Shown here in pieces: positions 12,405 through 24,627 of a stretch of DNA of 64,000 bases; position 1 is the first letter of the stretch; each line of letters begins with the position of its first letter. This stretch comes from Podarcis erhardii (lineage: Eukaryota). The DNA lies in NCBI GenBank assembly GCA_964252035.1, contig OZ176207.1; one strand, written 5' to 3'. The notes beneath the pieces were generated by a model. It was not told the DNA's origin. It worked only from the letters and a program-made list of their open reading frames with translations, and made no database searches. Position numbers and translations under genes: made by a program.

Positions 12405-13011
12405 GAGAGTCCATAACTGTTACAAATGCCGTCAGTGCAGCTTTACAGCTGTTGATACTCAAACCCTTCTGGAGCACTTCAACACTGTGCACTGCCAAGA
12501 GGTGGACATCACCACAGCCAATGGGGAAGATAGCCATGGGGTGGCTGCTGCTCTCAAGGAAGAGCCCAAAATTGACCTAAAGGTCTATAGCCTGATCAGT
12601 GCAGACCCCAAACTGGGAGAGCCCGTCTCTGAAAGTATAGTGAAGAGGGAAAAGCTGGACGAGAAGGAAGTACTGAAGGAGAAATGTTGGCCTGATGGGT
12701 CCAGTGACGATCATCGTGGTGCACCTTGGAGAGGAGTGGACATTTTGAGGGGGAGCCCTTCCTTTACCCAAACAAGCTTGGGCCTTCTGACCACAGTGTC
12801 TGTGGGCCAAGAGCAGCCAAAGCCCTTAAGGGATAGTCCAAACGTAGAAGCTGCCCATCTTGCACGGCCTGTTTATGGCTTGCCTGTCGAGACCAAGGGG
12901 TTCCTGCAAGGGGTGCCCCAAGGAAGCGGAGAGAAAGCTGGACCACTCCCTCAGCCATATCCTGGATCTGGTGATAACAAGGCGAAGGATGAATCTCAGT
13001 CCCTCCTACGG
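12405..13011 (+). CDS. TRPS1: TRPS1 internal coding exon (607 bp; probable equivalent of human exon 5)
   Basis: Acceptor tttctctcttatcAG at 12403-12404. The first G completes the AG|G Arg codon of the previous exon, then reads [32 protein letters not shown]...[14 protein letters not shown]...KDESQSLLR. Donor CGG|GTAGGA at 13011/13012 (phase 0). Confidence 0.96.
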
Positions 13012-13702
13012 GTAGGAAATTCTATTTTTATTTTTGTCTGTGCATGTTTATGGTGCATTTATTCCGAGCTGATTCTCAGCAATCAAGCACACATTACTGA
13101 TGTTGGCACTTGAAGCAATTCAGACTTACATGAGTAGATTGTAAAGGAATCATTTTAAGTGCATTTGTACAAAGCTATACATGCTAGTTGCAGTAGTAAG
13201 TGATCTTTGTTTGCCTTTGCCATTAAATTTGGTTGTACTGCGATAATCATTCCTGCTGATTTTGCAAGATGATGTTACATTTGGAAAAGAAAAGCACAGA
13301 ACCCCAGAAGGCTGCACATCTGTTGCAGTAAAGCATCTAATCACCTTCTAAATTTTAAGGTGGTTTGACAGTACACAGTTAAGCAAACTGTCACTGGATC
13401 AAATAGCTGAAAATGTGAAACCTGAATCAAATAATAATAAAAAGTAGGTCTGGGATTTTATTTTATTTTATTAAAAGTACAACACATGGTGTAATTAAAT
13501 ATAACATTTGGCGCTTGTTTGGTTGTGTTGGGAACTAGGAATTGAGGAGGTGAAACTTTTGTACTCTGTACTGCATAAGCATCTTGGTTGAATCCTCAGA
13601 AACAAACCCATACCTATTACAGGCCTACCCTTAAAAATATATATATCAGAAGCTGTGGGCTCCTATAAATTTAATGTCCTTCCTGCCAGTGTTATATTGG
13701 AT

Positions 13703-13895
13703 GAAGGGCAGTGGCTCAGGGTGCCAGGGAACCTTATGCTTTCATAAGATTTCAGTCCAATCCCCTACATCTCCATGTGAAGCTGGGGAAACCCCCTTCT
13801 GAAACCCCGGAGAGCCATCGCCAGTCGATGTAGACAACACTGAACTATATAGATTAATAGCCCAAGTCTGAATAAGGCAACTTCCTATGTTTCTA
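13703..13895 (+). mobile_element. tRNA-derived SINE (Squam2-like; name tentative), decayed
   Basis: gaagggc-gtggctcag head, ctgaaaccccggagagccatcgccagtc-atgtagacaacactga body, and ataaggcaacttcctatgtttcta tail. Confidence 0.6.
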
Positions 13896-14683
13896 AGAAC
13901 TCATAAACAGTCACATAGCCAGGCTTAATATTACCCATTTTTGGATCTAATGAAGCCCTTATTTCATGGTATGCTCACTACAGCAATGACCCATAAGCTG
14001 AAAGGTCCTGGGCCTTTTTTAAAAAAAGTTCCATGTACCACAGTTTTTTAACAGGTTAACTTTAGATGACGCAGATATTCTTTTCCCCATTGCCACCATC
14101 AACTGTTTTTTGCTGTAGCGTTGCCAGGAAGTCGGCATTATAGATCTGGCTCAAAATGATCCCACCTTGGAGATACCAAGAACTGATTGCATAATGAATG
14201 AGTCCAGTAAACATTATTCAGTGTGATTTGGCACTGAAAGGGTAGTTCGGTTTGCTCCAATGAAGTATGGAGTGGGTCTAATCTTTGCTTACCTGTTGGG
14301 CTTGCTCTATGTGTATGGGATGCTCACATCACAAAGTCCAACCTCAACATATTTCATTTTGGTTTATTTGGGAAACATACCGAGGGAGAGCTTTGTTCAG
14401 AGAAAAAGAAGCATTTGAGAAAGCTAACTGAGAATAGCTGACCTATTTTCTCTCGAAAGAAAAACAAAACAAAAATAAGAGTTCTATTGTTAGAGCAGCT
14501 AGCCTTCCAATCTAAAATAAAAATATTCAGAATAAACTGAGCTATGCCAATTATGCAGTATGTTTTATTAATTCTTACCACTCACCAGGGCCGGCCCACC
14601 CATGAGGCAAAGTGAGGCAAGCTCAGGGGGCATGATCTACAGGGGCAGAGATACCAGTGTATTCTCCCCTTGTTCATGATGTA

Positions 14684-14942
14684 CTGTATTTTTCGCTCTA
14701 TAAGATGCACCAGACCATAACATGCACCTAGTTTTTGGAGGAGGAAAACAAGAAAAAAAATATTCTGAATCCCAGAAGCCAGAACAGCAAGAGGGATTGC
14801 TGCGCAGCGAAAGTAGCGATCCCTCTTGCTGTTCTGGCTTCTGGGATACCTGCGCAGCCTTCATTCGCTCCATAAGACACACACATGTTTCCCCTTACTT
14901 TTTGGGAGGGAAAAAGTGAGTCTTATAGAGCAAAAAATATGG
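14684..14942 (+). mobile_element. TcMar-Tc2-like MITE (259 bp) with internal long hairpin
   Basis: TIR C(T)GTATTTTTCGCTCTATAAGA / TCTTATAGAGCAAAAAATATGG, TA flanks. Near-identical to 42654-42912. Confidence 0.88.
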
Positions 14943-15727
14943 TACGTCTTCTTCACTAACCCCTTCTTCCCTGCAGGGGAGGGGGGTGCCATTCTGTGGT
15001 TCACCTCAGGTATTGGGACAGCCCTGCTACTCACTGATATTGCAATATTGTGGAGAGGGTTGTAGCATTCTTGCATATTTTGATATGGATTGGAATGGTA
15101 TGAAATATTATATTTTGCCAGTGAGCAAGGAGGAAAGGGGATTTTTTTGCCTTAGGTGTCAAAATAACTTGACCAGCCAATGGCAGTTCTGCGTCAGGCT
15201 GCAAAAAGTATTGTGCTGGCCTTGGGAAGAAGCAGGAGGTCTTGAAATAAAATATATTCAGCTAGCAAACCTCTTCAGTTTTACATATAAATTCAGTACA
15301 AGTACGAATGAAAGGAACGAGAACATTGCATGTTGAGGAGCAAAACCTTTTCCTTCCAGAAAAGCCTGCTGTTCGCTATTCCGGGGTGTGGGCAAACCTT
15401 TGGGGAGTTTCAAATAAACAAATCTATCTTTTTGCATGTTGTTTGCTTGTTTGTTTAAAGTATCTAAATGAAGTTGGTAACCATGTAATTAGTGGTGTGG
15501 GGGATAAGAGACATAGCTTTTTGTTTTACCTTTAGATATCAAAGATTTCTAAAGATGGGCAAAGCAGAAACACATGAACATTTTAGCAGGTGCTATAAAT
15601 GCACCAAAGAAAGTCAAAAAGCAGATCAGTGTCAAAATAGGAACCAGATCCTTGATTTTTTGCCTTCTCTGCAGAGCAGTGCATCTCTCGGCTATGGGGT
15701 TGTCTAGCATTTAAGTGAGCATTTGTA

Positions 15728-16057
15728 TTAAACCACAGAGCCTAGGACTTGCCGATCAGAAGGTCGGCGGTTCGAATCCCAACGATGGAGTGAGCTCCCG
15801 TTGCTTGGTCCCTGCTCCTGCCAACCTAGCAGTTTGAAAGCATGTCAAAGTGCAAGTAGATAAATAGGTACCACTCCGGCGGGAAGCTAAACGGCGTTTC
15901 CATGCGCTGCTCTGCTTCGCCAGAAGCGGCTTAGTCATGCTGGCCACATGACCCAGAAGCTGTACGCCGGCTCCCTCGGCCAATAAAGCGAGATGAGCGC
16001 CGCAACCCCAGGGTCGGCCACGACTGGACCGAATGGTCAGGGGTCCCTTTACCTTTA
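15728..16057 (+). mobile_element. Sauria SINE (Squam1), slightly 5'-truncated
   Basis: aaaccacagagcctaggacttgccgatcagaaggtcggcggttcgaatcc head and ...ggtcaggggtccctttaccttta tail. Highly similar to the copies at 53254 and 56807. Confidence 0.92.
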
Positions 16058-19000
16058 TGTGCAGATACACCAGTGTGTAATTGACTTGTGGCATTTTCAC
16101 TGCTAGAGCTGAGGCTAATGTTTTGAAGGGATGGACACATTGGAACAGCATTCATCTTTAGTTAGGAAATTCAGCAGACAGGGACTTATTCTTCTTCCTT
16201 TCCAGCCATAGGAAAACCCCATAGCTAGATGCAGGTAGGTAGATAAATATACACAATTTATTCATGTTACTATTCATCAGCATACACAGACATGAATTCT
16301 GCTATTACTTTGGGTAAATGAATTCTTCATGCAGCAGGCTTGTGCGTGTGTTTTTGTGTGGTGATCAACATCTACAGCCAATTTTTAAAATGCTGGTTTG
16401 TACAAAGTTGTGTCCAACCATAAGGTTCAGAAACATGTTTCTGCTTCATATCTTAGACTACAAAAATGAGGCAGGGGGATTACGGGCTTTTTTTTGGTAT
16501 GGCATAACACCTGGTGGGGGGTGGGGGATGGCATTAGTTACCTTAATTGACTTTAACATGCAAATATGTTCTTATTTCAACTGAAACCATGGTTTCAAAT
16601 CCTGCTTTGTGACCAATCCTTAACTAAGGCGCTGGTATTGAAAAATAATAGCTTACCATGTCAAAGGAGAGCAGGAGAGCAATGTATGGTTAGGCATGAT
16701 CAGTGCTTTTTTCTTTAAAAATGTTTAGGGGTACTCTCATTTTGATCCCAGAAAATCAACATTTTATAGTTCAGATTGGGAAAAATAAATACAGTAAATG
16801 GACAAAAGTACAAAGATTCTCAAAATGTTTAGGGGTATGTGTACCCCTGTGTCCCTCCATTAAAAAAGCACCAGGCACCAGTGTGGAGATTTTTCAAGAT
16901 TTTCAACTGTGTAGAAAGTGAACATATACCAGAAAGTTGTTATAGAATATTGGGTAGAATTAATTCATTTTAGTTAGTATTTTTCCCACTGTTTCCCTGG
17001 GATGTTTTTACATTTTAGAAAACCAAGCACAAAAATATCTTCCAGCGCACTACAATGTCGATATTTGTATCCCTTTCTTCTTTAGCCTGGCTGCAATTTA
17101 TCTTTTAAAGGTTTGTTGATACAGGATGAGTCTATTGATATGCAAAAATGTTCTTTTGAGTGGTAGAGGAAGCTTTGGCTGCTGTTTTAGTAGTGACTGA
17201 GTGAAGCAACCTTGTTTACTGCTTTGAGAACTCTTTTTTCTGGGCAAGCATGCTAAATTGATTTCAAATAAAGCAAGTTGCCTGGTTAATTATATTTAGT
17301 ATTTTATATAATGCCTTTTCTCAGTGCTCAAAGCATTTTAACGTATAGGGGCATATCCAACTGAGTTGTACTCAGAGTAGACCAGTTGAAATCAATGGAC
17401 TCGTTGATTTCAGTGGGTCTACTCTGAGTTTGGCCAACATTGTGTAGCACATAAATCATCTCAGTTATACAAAGAAGCTGTAAGGTAGGTTGGCATTATT
17501 ATTCCTATATTGCATATATGGGAAGAAGGGTTGAGGCTGAGAAATAGTTGCCTGCATCAGGTAATGATTGTATTGGGGACTCCTTAGCTCATTTTATTTA
17601 ACCAGTACATTATGCAAATGCGTACCTTGCAAGTCCTTGGTAATCTCTGGGTCTAGGGTAGCTGTTTTCCTGCACAGTAGTGACATAGGTAGCTGTAGGT
17701 TGCCTGAGGGGGAGGCAGTGGGCAGACGCAAGCCCCATGCTGTCATTTCAGGCAGTGCGAAACCTGCAGACGCCTCTGCTGCACACAGAAGTACTGGAGG
17801 AAACTATGGAATTGCAAACTTGTCTCCTTGCCATTCAGCGGGGGGGGGGGGGGGGGGGAGTATTTGAAGAAAAGGATGTCCTCAGCCATATCAAAAACAT
17901 CACTTATTTTGATGTATTTTTGAATGTGACATGAAATAATGACCTGTAGGAAATCACTGGCACAAGAAAAAGGAAATCTATAGAGTTCTAACTTGCCGTA
18001 TTCAATCTGATTTTTTTGGGGGGGGGGCGGGGAGACCAAGTTGCAGTTTAAGGATAATTTATCATTCGCTATCTTCTTGCCCTGTGCAATACCTTTCTCC
18101 AGTCTTGCTTCACATCCTCCCTGGATGTTTTTTGCCAGGATGGAATGTGTCCTTGAACTCTTGCTTCCCTGGATTGAGGATAGAAAGAAATATGTGTTAG
18201 AAACTAGGCTAATGTACAAAGTTAAAATTTATATTCATTTCTATGTCCACTTTTGGCTCGGGTCCCTCCCTCATACCTTTCTGTTGCCCAGAAAGGGTAT
18301 ATGTGTCCTTTAGGCTAAAAAAAGGTTCCCTGCCTTTGGCTTGTATAAAGGAATATGGATACAGCAAACAGAAAATACATCTCCTTTAACGTCCCATTGA
18401 TTGTAAATGGCAAAATTTTAAGAAAGCAGTTCACGCTTCGAAATCAGTAGGAAAGAGACTTCACTCCTATGCACACTTAGCTAGGAGTACACCCAATGAA
18501 CACTTCAAAGTTATTTCTGACTTTCCATTGGAAACCAATAGAATTAAGAAGTATTTTAACGAATGCCCTAATTTTGTGCATATTATTTCTGCGCTAGCTT
18601 TTGGTTTCTCTGAAAGATCTCGCACAATGTAAGCCAGGCCTCAGCATCCTCAAAATCATAGCTTGTTGAAAGGCGGAACATCTGAAATAGTTTCCCTTTA
18701 GCTGCATTTCATTTTCCCCTCATTTCCTTTGACTCTGTTAGGGATCTTTCAGGAAGTATTTATAGTCAAGGCTATTCCTTGCCATACAGGTTCTCTAATT
18801 AACTGAAGGAAACTCAGCGGGTGCTGTGTCTTACGAATGCACATAGCTATGTTGGGTCAAAGCACTGCCGAACTCCTCTGGCTTTGTTAGAAGCACCTGT
18901 TTCCACAATTCAGTGTTTGGGGATGTGGAGAACTTAACTTCTAAGTATAAACTGCATCCTGGGGGGGGGGGGGGGACACAACCACCCTAAAATAATCGCC

Positions 19001-19934
19001 GAACCAGGAAAGTGTTAAAGAAACTGATTGGAAACATTTGGTGTCAAATGCTAGATGGATGACCCCCCAATTTAAAAAGGAAAGGGGGCAACCATGCTGT
19101 TGAATTGCCAAAACTTGAAAATCCTGTTATGTTTTAAACTAGTTTAGGCAGAACTTCAGAACTACTGGGTTGAATTTGCGTGCAAGTGGATATATTCTTT
19201 GTGACTGAGTAATCAAAGTTCAGCAGAAAGCAACGTTTAAAATGTTAAGCCAGCCCATCTTAAGTGGATGTATCTGCATTGTGTGGATCCAGCTCATACA
19301 TTATCGGGTAGGGAGGTAACCTTGCCCTCTGGATATTTACTCAGCCACAGCTAGGTATGTTTCAGGAAGAAATGCCTAGAAATGTATTGGGTGGTAAAAT
19401 CATTATTCAGGTGTGGTGATATAATAATATAGTGCCTGGATGTTACATCAAAAACCTTGAGGAAAAAGTGAATCAGTTTGCAGAACAAAGAGTGTGAGCG
19501 GTACTGTATACCAAAGTTGCTGAGGGGTTGGGAACAAATAAGATTCTGCTGAGAACATCAGTTTGAATGCTTATTCAAAATTAGCTAGATAAATTGAGTT
19601 GTTGCAGAGCCAGTCAGAAAAGTCTTTAACCACGCCCTGTTCGATAAGAAAGCCTAGTGATGTGGGCAGTGTATCAGGTTCGTAACTGTGCCTCATATGC
19701 GTTATGCTGCAATATCACAGCATTTTGTTACCTTTCCTGAACCTGCTTCTATTGAAATACATGTAAGAAACCAGTACTGGTTTAGAAAATCATTACCCTT
19801 GTGTATTCCATTTCTGTTCTTTAGGCACTTTACACTTCAAAAGCAATGTGTTAGTTATGTCTTACTTTCACTCACCTTTTCTTGCATGTTGCCAGGAGAA
19901 GAGAAACAATCAACCCATTAACTTTTATTTAATC

Positions 19935-20070
19935 CAGCCTTTCCTAACCCGGCACCTTCCAGACATTTCAAACTAAAATTCCCATCATCCCTCACATTTG
20001 ACCATGCTAGCTGGAACTGATGGGAGTTTTAGTCCAAAACATATGGAGGGCACCAGGTTGGGGAATGGTG
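19935..20070. mobile_element. Small hAT MITE
   Basis: cagcctttcctaacc...ttcccatcatcc...gatgggagttttagtcc...ggttggggaatggtg palindromic architecture. Confidence 0.65.
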
Positions 20071-20684
20071 GTTTAGCCTATACATTCCAGCCACTTTGTC
20101 CACATTCTGCTGTGGCCAAAATACCACCCTGAATATGTCAAATTTGATTGCATTATATTTTTATTTCTTCATATAAAATATTAAAACATGCTTTCTGGTG
20201 AAAGGGAACTTTTAGTTTAGAAGACACAAACTTTATGGAAATAGATTTTGATTAATGTGTTGTTTTCACGAGCCCACAAATTTCTCTTGTGTGAGAAAAT
20301 GCCATTTTTATTAAAATAAAAATGGAGCAGTCATATGTTCAGATGTGAAGTTTGGTTACTTCAAACTAATTTTAGTTAGGTGGGGTGCAAATCTCTGCTG
20401 TTGCTGTTCCTGCAAATAGCATCTGATCACAGCTGTTTTGGAGCAAAAAAAATCCCAAACACCCAACAAACCCTATCATGACTCATTTGCGCTATATTTG
20501 CAGGGAGTGAGGAAACTATCACACAGAAAAGGAAATCAAAAATAACACTACATCTTTATATGCATGTGTGTTTGTGTGTGCATGTGTGTGGAGTTTATCA
20601 TTTGTTTAAGAGCCTTGTGAGGGTTCATGTAGACCATGTGGTGCTTCCCCAACTTCTCACCCTATAAATTATTATAAAAAAATC

Positions 20685-20760
20685 GAATCTGACAAAGTGG
20701 TCTTTGGCTCATGGAAGCTTATGCCATAATAAACACCTCAGTTTTTAAGGTGCCACTGGA
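20685..20760 (+). mobile_element. Decayed Penelope-like terminal fragment
   Basis: tctgacaaagtgg...ggaagcttatgccataataaa...tttaaggtgccactgg is a degenerate version of the motif at 6218. Confidence 0.45.
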
Positions 20761-20766
20761 CATTTA

Positions 20767-20996
20767 CAGTGGAACCTCGGTTTTCAAGCATCTTCGAAAC
20801 TGAATGATTCGGAACCCAAACAGCGAAAACCCGGAAGTAATTGCTTCCATTTTCGAACACGCCTCAGAAGTCGAGGCATGTTTCTCCATTTTTTCAATGG
20901 ATTTTGCCAACCACCCATTGATCCTCGGTTTTCAAATGTTTTGGAAGTCGAACGGTCTTCCGGAACGAATTATGTTCGAAAACCGAGGTTCCATTG
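20767..20996. mobile_element. TcMar (Tigger-like) MITE
   Basis: TIRs CAGTGGAACCTCGGTTTTC / GAAAACCGAGGTTCCATTG with TA flanks. Confidence 0.88.
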
Positions 20997-21503
20997 TACT
21001 TGTTTGTTTGTTTGTTTTACAGAAATCTAGTCTTTGTTCAGTTGAACGACCTCTGCATTTTTTTTACGGAGCAGCCTTGAAGTTACGTTGAATCTTTGAG
21101 CTTGCTCTAAAGTTGCAGCAAATCACATGCGAAACCCCTTCAGACTTAATCATAATAATAACAACAATAAAAAGGCATATTTGCTGCAGCTTGGGCACTT
21201 CAAAGCTATCACCTCTCCCGTCTGTACATGACTAAAAGGCTTTAAGGCAGATAGTACAAGGGGAAAAACAATGAAATCAAAGACAGTCTTAATATACAAC
21301 TATTATAGGCTGCATAAGACATTTGAAGAATATCTCAAAATATTTATAGGTTCTTCTGATGCATGCACATTAGCAGCTGCCTTTCATGTTTGTGGTGTAA
21401 GGCTCTTGAAATACATCTTGGGGGGGGGGCGGGGGGAGAGGAGAAAGTTGTATTTCCTGTATGCTGTTTATGTGTGTTTACCGTGTGGTGTATCCATCTA
21501 GAG

Positions 21504-21891
21504 CAGGGTTTCCCAAACTTGGATCTCCAGCTGTTTTGGGACTACAACTCCCATAATCCTGAGCTAGCAGGACCAGTGGTCAGGGATGATGAGAATAGTA
21601 GTCCAAAAACAGCTGGAGACCAAAGTTTGGGAAACCCTTGAACAAGCAAACTTTTTTCAGCAGGGGGCCGGTCCACTGTCCCTCAGACCTTGTGGGGGGC
21701 CGGACTATATTTTGAAGGGGGAAAAAAATGAATGAATTTCTATGCCCCACAAATAACCCAGCGATGCATGTTTAACAAAAGCACACATTCTACTCATGTA
21801 AAAACACACAGATTCCTGGACCATCCACAGGCTGGATTTAGAAGGCGATTGGGCCGGATCTGGCCCCCAGGCCTTAGTTTGCCTACTCATG
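21504..21891 (+). mobile_element. Composite of two hAT MITEs within one TSD pair
   Basis: A small palindromic MITE (21504 to about 21640) is fused to a 5'-clipped copy of the 2440 family. Outer flanks are ATCTAGAG (21496-21503) and GTCTAGAG (21892-21899). Confidence 0.75.
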
Positions 21892-21898
21892 GTCTAGA

Positions 21899-22053
21899 GA
21901 GCCAGCATGGAACAGTGGTTAGAGTGTCAAGCTTATTTATTGGCAGACCAGGTTCAAATCGCTACTCAGCCATGAAGCTCACTGGGAGACCTTGGGCCAG
22001 TCATTGTCTCATAGCCTAACCTACCTTTCAGTGTTATTGTGAGGAAAAATTGG
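21899..22053 (+). mobile_element. MIR/Ther1-derived SINE (Squam3-like)
   Basis: gagccagcatgg..agtggttagagtg...ggttcaaatc tRNA-like A/B boxes, then catgaagctcactggg-gaccttgggccagtca...agcctaacctacct. Confidence 0.7.
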
Positions 22054-22384
22054 AAACAGTTACCTCAGAATTCCCCCATGCCAGTATTTGGGTATATCCT
22101 GGTAGCCGCTGACTCATGGCGAGATAGTGAACTTCCGACAACTCATCTCGCTGTAATGTGTTATTTGACGCAGCGCTTCTAATGTACTCAGTTCAAGTAC
22201 TTAGATTTAAGCCAATTTAATCTATTTGGAATTCAATTGCACTAAAACGTCTGAAACTAAGAATTTCAATTTCATAGGGATGTAGATTGAGCCGTGAAGT
22301 CTTTCATGTCACATGGTCCACTGGCATACAAATTAGCATAGATCCCTCCAACCCTTCATTAAAAAGGTTTTTACTTAACAAGCA

Positions 22385-22406
22385 AACACACACACACACA
22401 CACACA
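22385..22406. repeat. (CA)n microsatellite
   Basis: Directly visible. Confidence 0.9.
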
Positions 22407-23222
22407 ACATTGTATACGTCACACTTTACATCTGGAGCTTAATGTCAGCTAAAATGTTGCAGGCTTCTGATTCTTTTAAGTGACTTGGCACTTGCTTGGG
22501 GTGTGTGTGTGCATGTGTGCACATTTGTTTATTAGCTGCAAAGAACCAAAATGGAAGGGGGGGGGAGTATTCTTAATTAAAATTCTAAACTCCATTCCTC
22601 CCTTTTTTTCATCAGGCACTGATCAGAGATATTAGTCAAATGTTTTATAGACTAGATCGTAATGGTTTTAAAAGCAAAAGAGCATGTGTTGAGCCTACTG
22701 ATTTTTCCATAATGGAAAACTATATTAGGCTTTGCAGAAGTTTTAAATTTGGGCTTATTTTGAAATCCTTTGATGCCTTCAAGGACTGAAAACTTCACCA
22801 CCCCTTAATCAGTTTGGCTTTGCCTCCCAAAAGCTGCCTCAGATGGTGCAGAATTGGGGAGGGGGACCCCCAAAATGGCTGTGCATGACAACTTTCAGGC
22901 TAGGTGTTTATGCACAGGTATACATTTGTTTTTGTGACGGGTGTAGATTTGGAAACATAGCAGTTGCTATGCTCGGTTGTTGTTTTACATAAACATTCCT
23001 TTTAGCCTCAGAGATAAGGCAGGATACAAAGGCAGAGTCACACCGAGTATGCTTCATGCACATCTATGTTGCGTCAATGCTTCCTGGAGTGAACACACCC
23101 ATCTAACACGCGTCTTTAAACACCTGTGTGCGTGCATTAGACTGGGAAGTTTAAACCCCAAAGCGTAAGGTATGAGGCTGGGACCTGTCTGGTGAGCTAC
23201 CATGGACCGTGTTTTTTCAGAC

Positions 23223-23360
23223 CAGACTTCCTCAACCTTGGCCCTCCAAATGTTTTTTTGGCCTACAACTCCCATGATCCCTAGCTAGCAGGACCAGTGG
23301 TCTGGGGTGATGGGAATTGTAGTCTCAAAACATCTGGAGGGCCGAGGTTGAAGAAGCCTG
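23223..23360. mobile_element. Small hAT MITE with perfect 8-bp TSD
   Basis: TTTCAGAC at 23215-23222 and 23361-23368. TIR CAGACTTCCTCAACCT / AGGTTGAAGAAGCCTG. Confidence 0.88.
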
Positions 23361-23479
23361 TTTCAGACTTTGGATTCCTCTTCAGGCAAAGAGGGACAGG
23401 AATAGTTTCACTCTTTGTGGAGAATGTTCCACAACTGAGGCACTGCCACCCGCCAAACCTCAGATGGCAGTGATGCCTG

Positions 23480-23825
23480 CAGGAGATATTCCATAGCAGA
23501 CCTGAATATAGAAGTAGGTACATAGGGAGACAGGGGGTCCTAAAAGTTCCCGTATCCTAAAGGCTTTCTAAGTCAAAAACAGCACTTTTAATTGGGCCCC
23601 AAAATGGATTGTGAGCCAGTGCAGTTGGCAATAACACAAGTGCAATGTGAAGATAGCATCCAGTTCCAAGTGTTGCAGAATATATCTGTTAGATTACTAA
23701 CTTCAGTTTTGAAATAGTCTTCAAATACATTCACACTTATAGCACATTAAAGTAATGTAAATGGAGGTTACCAGAGCCCAGGATAACGAAAGCCAGGCTA
23801 TTTCTGCCCAGGTAAGTTTGCAGCT
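23480..23825 (-). mobile_element. L2 LINE ORF2 fragment (decayed)
   Basis: aggtcaaaaacagcactttt-aattgggccc...agccagtgcag and gtaatgtaaatggaggttaccagagc resemble squamate L2 in antisense. Confidence 0.6.
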
Positions 23826-24232
23826 GGTATAATTGTAGACATTATGTATATGATGAACTATTCTATCCATGTGATAGAATGAAATATAAATAAAAGGCAT
23901 AAGCTAGAGACAGCAACTCAGCATTACTTAGAATCTTTATTGGAATACATTGTACTTTAAAGTGCTTAAATTTTGAACAAATGGGAAAGAGCATTGAAAG
24001 ACATTGAATCCGGACTCTTGACCACAAAAAATATTTTTCAGCTTTCCTCTGGCATCTAAGATATCATATGTGATTGCCCAAGCATAGATTCTCATGAATA
24101 AGGAATCTAATATAGTTTTTTGTGTGAAAAATTACACTTTTAATGAAGCTTTATTAAAGAGGAGAAACAAATTAAACCAACAGGTAGGACGCATCATCCA
24201 CTCCATTCCATCAGTGGTAATTGTAAAAACAT

Positions 24233-24627
24233 TGTTGTTTAGTTGTTTAGTCCGACTCTTCGTGACCCCATGGACCAGAGCACGCCAGGCACTCCTGTCT
24301 TCCACTGCCTCCCACAGTTTGGTCAAACTCATGCTGGTAGCTTCGAGAACACTGTCCAACCACCTCGTCCTCTGTTGTCCCCTTCTCCTTGTGCCCTCCA
24401 TCTTTCCCAACATCAGGGTCTTTTCCAGGGAGTCTTCTCTTCTCATGAGGTGGCCAAAGTATTGGAGCCTCAGCTTCACGATCTGTCTTTCCAGTGAGCA
24501 CTCAGGGCTGATTTCCTTCAGAATGGATCGGTTTGATCTGCTTGCAGTCCATGGGACTCTCAAGAGTCTCCTCCAGCACCATAATTCAAAAGCATCAATT
24601 TTGGCGACCAGCCTTCTTTATGGTCCA
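24233..24627 (-). mobile_element. Bov-B (RTE clade) LINE 3' fragment
   Basis: Encodes RVPWTASRSNRSILKEISPECSLERQIVKLRLQYFGHLMRREDSLEKTLMLGK...HGVTKSRT, the Bov-B ORF C-terminus. It has a (CAA)n-type tail and TSD TGTAAAAACAT at 24222-24232 and 24667-24677. Confidence 0.93.

Noticed and set aside
15756-16155. ORFs here and at 53283-53489 and 56857-57096 with similar peptides
   Set aside because: These are translations of Sauria SINE copies.
17840-17858. Long poly-G run (and many similar G/C runs) as G-quadruplex elements
   Set aside because: Homopolymer runs are common in this genome type and their length is unreliable in assemblies. There is no functional evidence.
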